Source: an uncultured Sangeribacter sp. (GTDB lineage Bacteria; Bacteroidota; Bacteroidia; Bacteroidales; Muribaculaceae). From it: a stretch of DNA of 64,000 nucleotides. Numbering within the stretch: position 1 is the stretch's first letter; each line of letters opens with the position of its first letter. Where the stretch lies: contig CAZCJC010000009.1 of the NCBI GenBank assembly GCA_964499025.1, positions 3,519 through 67,518 on the forward strand, read 5' to 3'. Shown one piece after another: positions 1-8,070 of the stretch. The notes under the pieces are model-generated. The model ran no database searches and was not told the origin of the DNA. It saw only the letters and a program-made list of their open reading frames with translations. Made by a program: the position numbers and the translations under genes.

Positions 1-840
1 TGATGCTCCATATGTAGCGGCTGCCTTAATAGATTTGCGGCGGGATTTATTCTGCTTAAGGAAGAAACTAACTGTCATCGGTATCATTGGCCACACACAA
101 GGTGTTACCAAAGCAATTAGTCCGCCAATGAATCCTGCTATGAAAATATACCACAGACTTCGGCTCTGTTGCTCGGGTGCATTCTTGAAGGCCCGGATCT
201 CAGCTTCGCAGTTTCTCCACCAATTATCCGCGTGAACATTTGAAAGGTTGGCAGCCGGCATCATGAAAGATTCCGAGGATTGAAGTGAATCAGTCATTTC
301 TACTAATTCTTCCAATTTAGTTTCATCCTGGACTTCCTTAGTGTTTTCAGTTACAGATTTGTTCTCTTGCTCTGCTTTGCTGGCCAAGGAATTATTTACG
401 ATTCCGGTTCCGGAAACAGTATGAGAATCGAAAACTTGGTAACACCCATTATCATCACAAACCTGACCTTGAATCTCAATTTTAGCTGTAAAATGTTTGT
501 CAGTTGGTATCAGCTTCTGTGAAAATTTTACGGTTCCGGTATAGTAGTGCTCGTTGGTTTCAAAGATGTCGTTATAAGCTTTCGTGTATGGTCGATCCGC
601 TTTAATAGGTCCATCAGTCTTGCATCCCGTCAAATCAAAATGAATCTCCAACGCACCTGCACCACCTTCCGGATTGTCGAGAGAATACAGATGATAACCT
701 CGGTCAATTTTGGCTGTTATCTCAATAACCGGGGTAGCAGTATTATCTCCAGTTAGGTTAAATGACCAGTTCACATGTTCTGCGCCATATGCCCCTAAGA
801 CAGCAACGAGGGATATAAGAATTGATAGAAATCGAGTCAT
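1..840 (-). CDS. dsbD: Thiol:disulfide interchange protein DsbD family (C-terminal part runs off the window)
   Basis: Not in ORF track; read manually from ATG at 840: MTRFLSILISLVAVLGAYGAEHVNWSF..., N-domain Cys pair QVCDDNGC, transmembrane motif GGLIALVTPCVWPMIPMTVSFFLK; open to base 1. Confidence 0.85.
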   Translation of the reverse strand, partial: MTRFLSILISLVAVLGAYGAEHVNWSFNLTGDNTATPVIEITAKIDRGYHLYSLDNPEGGAGALEIHFDLTGCKTDGPIKADRPYTKAYNDIFETNEHYYTGTVKFSQKLIPTDKHFTAKIEIQGQVCDDNGCYQVFDSHTVSGTGIVNNSLASKAEQENKSVTENTKEVQDETKLEELVEMTDSLQSSESFMMPAANLSNVHADNWWRNCEAEIRAFKNAPEQQSRSLWYIFIAGFIGGLIALVTPCVWPMIPMTVSFFLKQNKSRRKSIKAAATYGAS

Positions 841-858
841 GATAATGTATAAAAATTT

Positions 859-890
859 TTTGTAAAATTAATAATTTCTTCTTATATTTG
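859..890 (+). promoter_or_regulatory. Bacteroidetes housekeeping-sigma promoter for the ior operon
   Basis: TTTG (859-862) - 20 nt - TATATTTG (883-890) matches TTTG-N19-21-TAnnTTTG. Confidence 0.7.
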
Positions 891-975
891 CAATCATCCA
901 AACTATAGAACTCCGTGATTTGAGATAAATTGTTTTTGGATCGAACTGATTCTAATTACTACGAAATAACCAACC

Positions 976-2598
976 ATGAAAACCAAGCATTTATTACTGG
1001 GTGATGAAGCTTTTGCTTTAGGAGCCCTGAATGCCGGCCTTTCAGGCGCTTATGCCTATCCCGGTACCCCCTCTACAGAAATAATGGAATTTATTCAACT
1101 TCATCCTATAACCAAGGAGCGAAGTATTCATAGCCACTGGTCTTCAAATGAAAAGACTGCAATGGAGGAAGCATTGGGTATGTCGTTTTGCGGAAAGAGG
1201 GCAATCACATCAATGAAACATGTAGGCCTTAATGTAGCAGCTGATGCATTCGTGAATTCCGCAATGACAGGAGCAAATGGTGGTTTGCTTGTTGTGGCCG
1301 CTGATGATCCTTCGATGCATTCTTCTCAGAATGAACAGGATTCTCGTTTCTATGCAGATTTTGCAATGATTCCTGCACTTGAACCATCAAATCAGCAGGA
1401 AGCGTATGATATGGCAAGATACGGTTTTGAATTATCGGAAAAATTCGGGATACCGGTACTTTTGAGATTTGTAACTCGTCTTAGCCATTCTCGAGCAGTG
1501 GTTGAAGCTGATGATACCCCTATGGATCAGAATGAAAAGAGTTATCCCGTCAATCCGAAACAATGGGTTCTTATGCCAGCAATGTCCAAAATCAGGAATC
1601 GACAGCTCATTAAGGATCTGGAAAGTTTTGTAGATAGCTCTGACAGCTCTCCATTTAATAAATTTGAGGATGGTAACAACCATAAAATAGGAATAGTAGC
1701 AAGTGGAATAGGTTATAACTATCTTAAAGAAGCGTTTGGGGGCGTGGTGCCATTCCCGGTTGTTAAGGTTAGCCAGTATCCTTTACCAAAGAAGCTTATA
1801 AAGAAATTGTATAATGAATGTGACTCAATTCTGGTTCTTGAGGAGGGACAGCCTTTCATTGAGCAAAAATTAAGAGGCCTTCTTGATGTCGGTAAGCGTA
1901 TTTATGGTAAGTTAACCGGGGAAGTTGTAAGGGATGGTGAACTTACTCCCGATGAAGTAAAAAAGACTTTTGGTAAGATAGCTCCGGAGGTTGTCGGGTC
2001 AGAAGGAGAGGGTAAATTATCTATTTCAGAATCTGTTGTGTCACGTCCGCCGGCTTTGTGTCAAGGTTGCGGACATAGGGACGTGTATGGTGCTCTAAAT
2101 GAAGTATTGGCATCTTATGACTCTCCGAAAGTATTTGGGGATATAGGTTGTTATACTCTTGGATTCCTCAAGCCCTTCAATGCAATTGACACTTGTGTTG
2201 ATATGGGAGCTTCAATAACAATGGCTAAGGGTGCATCTGATGCCGGACAGCATCCGGCAGTGGCAATCATTGGAGATTCCACATTTACCCACAGCGGAAT
2301 GACTGGTTTACTTGACGCCATAAATGAGAATGCAAATATGACGGTCATAATATCTGATAATCTAACAACCGGAATGACCGGAGGTCAGGATTCACAGGGG
2401 ACAGGAAAAATTGAAGAGATTTGTCTGGGCTTGGGTGCTTCCGAAGGACATGTCAGGACTATTGATTCATTGCCGAAGAATCATGAGGAGATGGTAAAAC
2501 TTTTCAAAGAGGAGATAGATTATCCTGGCTTATCGGTAATTGTTTCCAGAAGGGAATGCATACAGACAGCGAGACGCCATGCATCGGCAAAAAAATAA
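976..2598 (+). CDS. iorA: Indolepyruvate:ferredoxin oxidoreductase alpha subunit
   Basis: LLGDEAFALGA, AYPGTPSTEI, NEKTAME, MKHVGLNVAAD, RPPALCQGCGH, GDIGCYTLG, TPP motif GDSTFTHSG. Confidence 0.93.
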   Translation: MKTKHLLLGDEAFALGALNAGLSGAYAYPGTPSTEIMEFIQLHPITKERSIHSHWSSNEKTAMEEALGMSFCGKRAITSMKHVGLNVAADAFVNSAMTGANGGLLVVAADDPSMHSSQNEQDSRFYADFAMIPALEPSNQQEAYDMARYGFELSEKFGIPVLLRFVTRLSHSRAVVEADDTPMDQNEKSYPVNPKQWVLMPAMSKIRNRQLIKDLESFVDSSDSSPFNKFEDGNNHKIGIVASGIGYNYLKEAFGGVVPFPVVKVSQYPLPKKLIKKLYNECDSILVLEEGQPFIEQKLRGLLDVGKRIYGKLTGEVVRDGELTPDEVKKTFGKIAPEVVGSEGEGKLSISESVVSRPPALCQGCGHRDVYGALNEVLASYDSPKVFGDIGCYTLGFLKPFNAIDTCVDMGASITMAKGASDAGQHPAVAIIGDSTFTHSGMTGLLDAINENANMTVIISDNLTTGMTGGQDSQGTGKIEEICLGLGASEGHVRTIDSLPKNHEEMVKLFKEEIDYPGLSVIVSRRECIQTARRHASAKK

Positions 2599-2625
2599 TT
2601 ATGAACCAGTTTATATTATAATACA

Positions 2626-3210
2626 ATGAAATCAGATATAGTACTGGCCGGAGTAGGTGGTCAGGGAATCTTGACAATAGCTACTATTCTTGGAGCTGCT
2701 GCACTCAAAGCAAATTTATATCTAAAGCAAGCTGAGGTTCATGGGATGAGCCAACGCGGAGGAGATGTTCAATCCAATCTCCGTATAAGTTCATCACCTA
2801 TTTATTCAGATCTTATTCCATTCAAAGGGGCCGATATGATCGTGTCGCTAGAGCCGATGGAGGCCCTTCGATATTTACCCTATTTATCTCCGGAAGGATG
2901 GCTTGTAACGAATACTAATCCTTTTATCAATATTGACAACTATCCTGAGATAGATATCCTAATGTCAGAGTTGAATCAATTGCCGAGAGTTGTAGCTTTT
3001 GATATGGATAAAATGGCAAAAGAACTTGGTTCGCCAAGAAGTTCAAATATGATATTATTAGGAGCTGCCTCTCCATTTATAGATATTCCTGAAAAAGATA
3101 TTGAGGAAGGAATAGCAAATCTATTTTCGAAAAAAGGAGAAAAAATAGTAGAAAGTAATATCCGGGCGTTTAAAGCAGGACGGAGCTTTTCAGAACAAAT
3201 AAAAAGGTAA
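2626..3210 (+). CDS. iorB: Indolepyruvate oxidoreductase beta subunit
   Basis: AGVGGQGILT, EVHGMSQRGGDV; follows iorA. Confidence 0.93.
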   Translation: MKSDIVLAGVGGQGILTIATILGAAALKANLYLKQAEVHGMSQRGGDVQSNLRISSSPIYSDLIPFKGADMIVSLEPMEALRYLPYLSPEGWLVTNTNPFINIDNYPEIDILMSELNQLPRVVAFDMDKMAKELGSPRSSNMILLGAASPFIDIPEKDIEEGIANLFSKKGEKIVESNIRAFKAGRSFSEQIKR

Positions 3211-3213
3211 GCT

Positions 3214-4527
3214 ATGTTTCCACTGAGTTTAGATTCTATGGAAGCCGCAATTCAGCGTTTGTCCATAATAGATTTAGGTTCTGCAACGATAAGACAGATC
3301 TGTTCTCTTGCTAATGAACTTGAGAATGAGGCCTCTGAAAAGATGGTTCACCTGGAAATTGGAAATCCGGGATTGGAAGCGGAGAGTTTAGGAGTCGAAG
3401 CAGAGATAAAAGCTTTGAGGAACGGGGTTGCCAATAAATATCCCAATATTCAGGGTATTCCCGTTTTGAAAAAAGCCGGAAGCGATTTTGTTAAGGCCTT
3501 TTTAAATGTTGACATTCCGGATAAATGTATAGTCCCTACTGTGGGGTCTATGCAAGGAAGTTTCACATTGATGCTTTTGTTGGGTCAGAGATTGAAAGGG
3601 AAGGATACCATGCTATTCCTTAATCCCGGATTTCCTGCTCAACGTCACCAGGCAAAAGTGTTGGGTCTTAAAGAAGCAGCCTTTGATATTTACTCATACA
3701 GAGGAGAGAAATTAAAGGCGAAACTTGAAAGTATCCTAAAGGAGGGAAATGTGACCGGAATAATATACAGTAATCCCAATAATCCGGCATGGACAAATCT
3801 AACCGAAGAGGAATTAGAGATAATAGGAACGCTTGCTACGAAATATGATGCCATTGTATTGGAGGATCTTGCATATTTCGGAATGGATTTCCGTTCTGAT
3901 ATCAGCACCCCTTATGCCTCTCCGTACGTTCCGACCGTGGCTAATTATACTGATAATTATATATTATTGTTATCCGGTTCTAAAATTTTCAGTTATGCCG
4001 GCCAGAGAATAGCCTTGGTTTGTATGAGCAAGTCGGTTTATGAGCGTAAGTATGATTTTTTCCAGAATTTTTATGAGATGCCGGCTTTAGGCGACGCATA
4101 TATCTATGGTGTGTTGTATTGCTCCTCTTCCGGAACATCCCATTCTGCTCAATATGCGCTTGCTGCAATGATGGAGGCAGCTGTAAAAGGTGAACTCGAT
4201 TTTGTTGGTCATTGCAAGGAATATGCAGATAAAGCGGAAAAAGCAAAAGAGATTTTCTTAAAAAATGGTTTTCATATCGTTTACGAACTTGATGGAGACC
4301 GACCGATTTCAGATGGGTTCTTTTTTACTGCCGGTTATGAAGGATTCTCTGCTGATGAATTGCAAAAAGAACTGCTCCGCTATGGTGTAGCATCTATTTC
4401 ATTGCAATCTACAGGAAGTACGCGTGACGGAGTAAGGGTATGTGTATCCATGATTCCGGATGAAGAAACGTTCGAAAAGCTCGATGGTTTCCTGAGAAAA
4501 TTTAATGAAGATCACGGTAAGAGATAA
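3214..4527 (+). CDS. PLP-dependent class I/II aminotransferase
   Basis: YSNPNNP, DLAY, SGSKIFSYAGQR (PLP lysine), VRVC; 3 nt after iorB. Confidence 0.88.
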   Translation: MFPLSLDSMEAAIQRLSIIDLGSATIRQICSLANELENEASEKMVHLEIGNPGLEAESLGVEAEIKALRNGVANKYPNIQGIPVLKKAGSDFVKAFLNVDIPDKCIVPTVGSMQGSFTLMLLLGQRLKGKDTMLFLNPGFPAQRHQAKVLGLKEAAFDIYSYRGEKLKAKLESILKEGNVTGIIYSNPNNPAWTNLTEEELEIIGTLATKYDAIVLEDLAYFGMDFRSDISTPYASPYVPTVANYTDNYILLLSGSKIFSYAGQRIALVCMSKSVYERKYDFFQNFYEMPALGDAYIYGVLYCSSSGTSHSAQYALAAMMEAAVKGELDFVGHCKEYADKAEKAKEIFLKNGFHIVYELDGDRPISDGFFFTAGYEGFSADELQKELLRYGVASISLQSTGSTRDGVRVCVSMIPDEETFEKLDGFLRKFNEDHGKR

Positions 4528-4532
4528 TCTTA

Positions 4533-5840
4533 ATGATACAGAATAAAATCAACTACATGTCGGCTTCTGAAGCCGTAGCATTGATTGAGAGTGGGGATCA
4601 TGTCTATATCCAGGGTTCCACTTCAATTCCTGAAGTATTGGTCGAAGCTTTGTCTGAAAGAGGGAATCAACTTAGGGATGTTACCATTTATTGCGCATTT
4701 GCGGTAGGTCGTCGGCCTTCACCGTTGTGTAAACCTGAATATAAGGACAGTTTTCTTGTAGACTCTTTCTTTGTATCGAATTCATTCAGAAACTGGATAG
4801 CAGAAGGATACGGGACTATGACTCCCAGGTTCCTTGGAGAAGTGCCAGAATTATTCAGGGATGGCACCTGTCGAGTAGATGTTGCTCTAATAAATTGTTC
4901 GCTACCTGATGAGGATGGGTTTGTCAGTTTTGGAGTATCAGCCGATCTTGCCACAAGCGCCGTTGAATGTGCTAATCTGGTGATAGCACAAATAAATCCG
5001 AATGTTCCCTTCACTCCGGGGGATGCTACGATTCATATTTCCAAACTGGCTGCTGCGGTAGAGGTAGATGAAGAGTTGGTTGAGGTTCCCACAGCTATTC
5101 CTACAGAGAAAGAAATTGCAATAGGAAATTATATTGCAGAACTGATTCCTGATGGCGCTACATTGCAGATCGGGGTTGGTGGAATACCCAATGCCGTGAT
5201 ACGGGCCCTCGAGAACCACAAGCATCTGGGCTTGCATACGGAGGCAATGACCGATGGAGTGTTACCTTTGCTGGAAAAAGGAATAATTGATAATTCTCAG
5301 AAACGTGTGATGCCCGGAAAATCCGTTGCTTCGCTTGCCCTCGGTTCCAAATCTCTATATAAATTCCTGGATCATAATGAGGATGTCATATTTAAGGATG
5401 TTGCATGGACAAATGATCCCTTTATCATTGCCCAAAATCCAAAGGTAATGTCGATTAATTCATGCCTGGAAATTGACCTTACCGGTCAAGTATGTGCTGA
5501 CTCAATCGGTAAGAAGATTTATTCCGGAGTAGGGGGGCAACATGACTTTGTATATGGGTCCTCAAAAAGTGAGGGAGGAATTTCATTCCTCGCAATGTTA
5601 GCAACTACCGGAAAAGGAGAAAATAAGATAAAACCGGTTCTCACGTCAGGAGCCGGAGTTGTCACTACACGTTTTCAGACAAATTATGTAGTCACTGAAT
5701 ATGGGGCTGTCAATCTCCGGGGCAAAAATCTTGCGGAGAGAGCCAAGCTAATGATTTCTATAGCTGCACCTCAGTTCAGGGAGGAACTTGAAAGAGAGGC
5801 AGCTGAAAGATTCGGTTACTCATTTTTACGCCTTAAGTAA
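4533..5840 (+). CDS. Acetyl-CoA hydrolase/CoA-transferase family protein (4-hydroxybutyrate CoA-transferase-like)
   Basis: GATLQIGVGGIPNA, HLGLHTE (catalytic Glu), YSGVGGQHDF, VVTEYG. Confidence 0.88.
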   Translation: MIQNKINYMSASEAVALIESGDHVYIQGSTSIPEVLVEALSERGNQLRDVTIYCAFAVGRRPSPLCKPEYKDSFLVDSFFVSNSFRNWIAEGYGTMTPRFLGEVPELFRDGTCRVDVALINCSLPDEDGFVSFGVSADLATSAVECANLVIAQINPNVPFTPGDATIHISKLAAAVEVDEELVEVPTAIPTEKEIAIGNYIAELIPDGATLQIGVGGIPNAVIRALENHKHLGLHTEAMTDGVLPLLEKGIIDNSQKRVMPGKSVASLALGSKSLYKFLDHNEDVIFKDVAWTNDPFIIAQNPKVMSINSCLEIDLTGQVCADSIGKKIYSGVGGQHDFVYGSSKSEGGISFLAMLATTGKGENKIKPVLTSGAGVVTTRFQTNYVVTEYGAVNLRGKNLAERAKLMISIAAPQFREELEREAAERFGYSFLRLK

Positions 5841-5938
5841 CAATCCGGAACTTAGATAGACCATCATAGACGTAGATTTATACCTTAACTGAACATTCAG
5901 CTCTTTTTTGTTCTGAATGCATTTTAACGATTCTGATA

Positions 5939-5980
5939 AATAAATTGGAGTTGCTTAAATTTAGGCAACTCCAATTTATT
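5939..5980. terminator. Intrinsic terminator of the ior operon
   Basis: 16-bp perfect IR aataaattggagttgc / gcaactccaatttatt with A/T tails. Confidence 0.8.
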
Positions 5981-6156
5981 TTACTGATTTAATATTTTTG
6001 AAGTAATAAGAGCAGATTTAGATGTTTACTTAGTCAAGTGAAAGTATTTGAGAATTCTAAAATTTTTTTGAAAAAAATTAACAAAGAATTAAACCTATTG
6101 TATTATTAATGTGTTTAAAGTTCGGTTAATAATCAAAACAATCAAATGAATTCACT

Positions 6157-6258
6157 ATGAAAAGTAGAATCTTAGATGCAATTAAATCAGCCCTTGGAAA
6201 TTTTGGGGGTTATGGCTCTCCGAGACTACAGCCGGTACCGGTTAGAGTGAATCGTTGA
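6157..6258 (+). CDS. Small ORF, 33 aa (MKSRILDAIKSALGNFGGYGSPRLQPVPVRVNR)
   Basis: Read manually; ATG after an A-rich leader, TGA at 6256-6258; below the ORF-track cut-off. Confidence 0.5.
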   Translation: MKSRILDAIKSALGNFGGYGSPRLQPVPVRVNR

Positions 6259-6296
6259 TAAGAGAGGAGGGTTTAACCCAATCTTATCGGTGAGGC

Positions 6297-7277
6297 TTGA
6301 AGAGTGGCTATTATTCTTTAGAAAGAATGGATCATAGACATGAACATGGAAACTCCATACAGGAGTTAATGACAATTCATGCAGGTTGGGAAGCTCGCAT
6401 AATCAGGCGTGCGGTGATGATCGGATGTGCGGTCAACATCGCACTTATGTTACTTAAGCTCTCATTTGGATATTATGGTCACAGTGATGCTTTGAGGGCA
6501 GACGGATTCCATTCTTTGAGTGATGTCTGTTCAGACATTATCATGCTCGCATTTGTGGGAATATCCTTTCGGCCATCTTCTCGTAAATTTTCATATGGAT
6601 ATGGAAAATTTGAGACTTTCGCCTCATTGCTTATTTCCTGTCTGCTTCTATTTGTGACTTATCATATTTCCGAGCATGCGATTGAAGCAATCTCTTTATA
6701 TGCCCGTGGTGGAGTTCTCCCTCATCCAGATGGCTGGACGGTAATTGCTGTTTTAGTCGCTATGGGGGCGAAGGAGACACTTTTCCATTATTATAAATCT
6801 ACCGGTAAAAAAACGCGATGTTCTGCATTAATTTCAAGTGCGTGGCATCATCGTGCAGATGCAATGGCCTCTATTGCTACGTTAATAGGGGTTGGTTGTG
6901 CTCATTTTCTTGGTGAAAATTGGAGAATTCTTGATCCTGTTGCATCATTACTTATAGCATTATTGATACTTGTAACCGGATTACGGCTATTTATAAGAGC
7001 ATTCAATGAATTAATGGATACTTCTCTGCCGCGAGAAGATGTTGAAGAGGCAACAAATATTATTTTAAATTGTAAAGGAGTTGAAGGTATCTCCAAGATA
7101 AGGTGTAGGAAAAGTGGCCCTTACATGATATTTAACGTTATGATAGAGATTGATGGAAAATTTTCTATAAACCAGGGCTCCGTCATTGCCTCTGAAGTGA
7201 AGAACGCACTGATAGAGTGTTTCGGTTCTCACACAATGGTAGGTATAGAAACAAAACCATTTGTCAATTTTGAATAA
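6297..7277 (+). CDS. Cation diffusion facilitator family transporter (true start may be the ATG of MDHRHEHG)
   Basis: ADGFHSLSD and AWHHRADA (HxxxD/HxxxD metal site), YGYGKFE, cytoplasmic C-terminal domain. Confidence 0.9.
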   Translation: MKSGYYSLERMDHRHEHGNSIQELMTIHAGWEARIIRRAVMIGCAVNIALMLLKLSFGYYGHSDALRADGFHSLSDVCSDIIMLAFVGISFRPSSRKFSYGYGKFETFASLLISCLLLFVTYHISEHAIEAISLYARGGVLPHPDGWTVIAVLVAMGAKETLFHYYKSTGKKTRCSALISSAWHHRADAMASIATLIGVGCAHFLGENWRILDPVASLLIALLILVTGLRLFIRAFNELMDTSLPREDVEEATNIILNCKGVEGISKIRCRKSGPYMIFNVMIEIDGKFSINQGSVIASEVKNALIECFGSHTMVGIETKPFVNFE

Positions 7278-7920
7278 ATGTGATATCCTTAATGATTAGG
7301 GTTTGTTTGCCGAATGTATAGAACCCGATACCAGAATAGTCCAAAGGCATGTATTTTACTTTAAGGATCTCCAATCCATCTACAAAGAAATAAAGATCCT
7401 CTCCGTCATATATTAGTTTCCATTCCTGATCAAGTTTTTTCTTTTTTGTCCATTTTATGCCTTGCATGATATTTCCGACCATTCGATTTTCATAGTAACG
7501 AGTAAAATTTACCATTTCATCATTAAAGTTGAAGCAATAGAAATTCCCGCCATCTTTGTAGTTGAACACAAAACCACAAACTCGATCATTTGCCAATTTG
7601 TCAATCTTGACATTCGCCTCTACTTCAAATGGCTTTGTCACGTCAATAGGTGCATAGCAATGAGTTTCAAAAAATGTGTTTTCTCCGACTTGAGTAGGAA
7701 TTCCACTCATTGCGGAAAGAATGGCTCCCGCAGTCTTATTATCACCTTTTGACTTAATTGTCAAAACTCCGTTGTCAATTATAGCAGAACCACTCCGGCT
7801 TTGAAATGGGCATTCTGTCCAACCAAGAGAGTTAGTGTCGAAAGTTTCGATAAAATTTTGTGCATTAACTGCAGAGGCTACAGATGCAATCAAAAATATA
7901 AAAGTTATAATTTTATTCAT
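7264..7920 (-). CDS. Secreted hypothetical protein, beta-sandwich-like
   Basis: Signal peptide (ASAVNA-Q), beta-strand-rich sequence with CGFVFNYKDGGNFYCF; no confident family. Confidence 0.65.
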   Translation of the reverse strand: MNKIITFIFLIASVASAVNAQNFIETFDTNSLGWTECPFQSRSGSAIIDNGVLTIKSKGDNKTAGAILSAMSGIPTQVGENTFFETHCYAPIDVTKPFEVEANVKIDKLANDRVCGFVFNYKDGGNFYCFNFNDEMVNFTRYYENRMVGNIMQGIKWTKKKKLDQEWKLIYDGEDLYFFVDGLEILKVKYMPLDYSGIGFYTFGKQTLIIKDITFIQN

Positions 7921-7983
7921 GTCGTTTGAATTTAAATATTGGTTGCTTATACTTTTAATCGTGTATTACTCTTGAATACTATA

Positions 7984-8029
7984 TAAAAAAACTGCACCAT
8001 AAAAGGAATTAAAATCTTTTAGGTGCAGT
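7984..8029 (-). terminator. Intrinsic terminator downstream of GH35 gene
   Basis: actgcacc/ggtgcagt stem followed by a T7 run on the minus strand. Confidence 0.7.
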
Positions 8030-8070
8030 CCTAATTTTAACGCTTAATATCTACAAAAGGTATTTTGTAT

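Noticed and set aside
35-756. Plus-strand ORFs 35-235 and 547-756
   Set aside because: Antisense shadows of the dsbD reading frame, which the track missed because it runs off the window.
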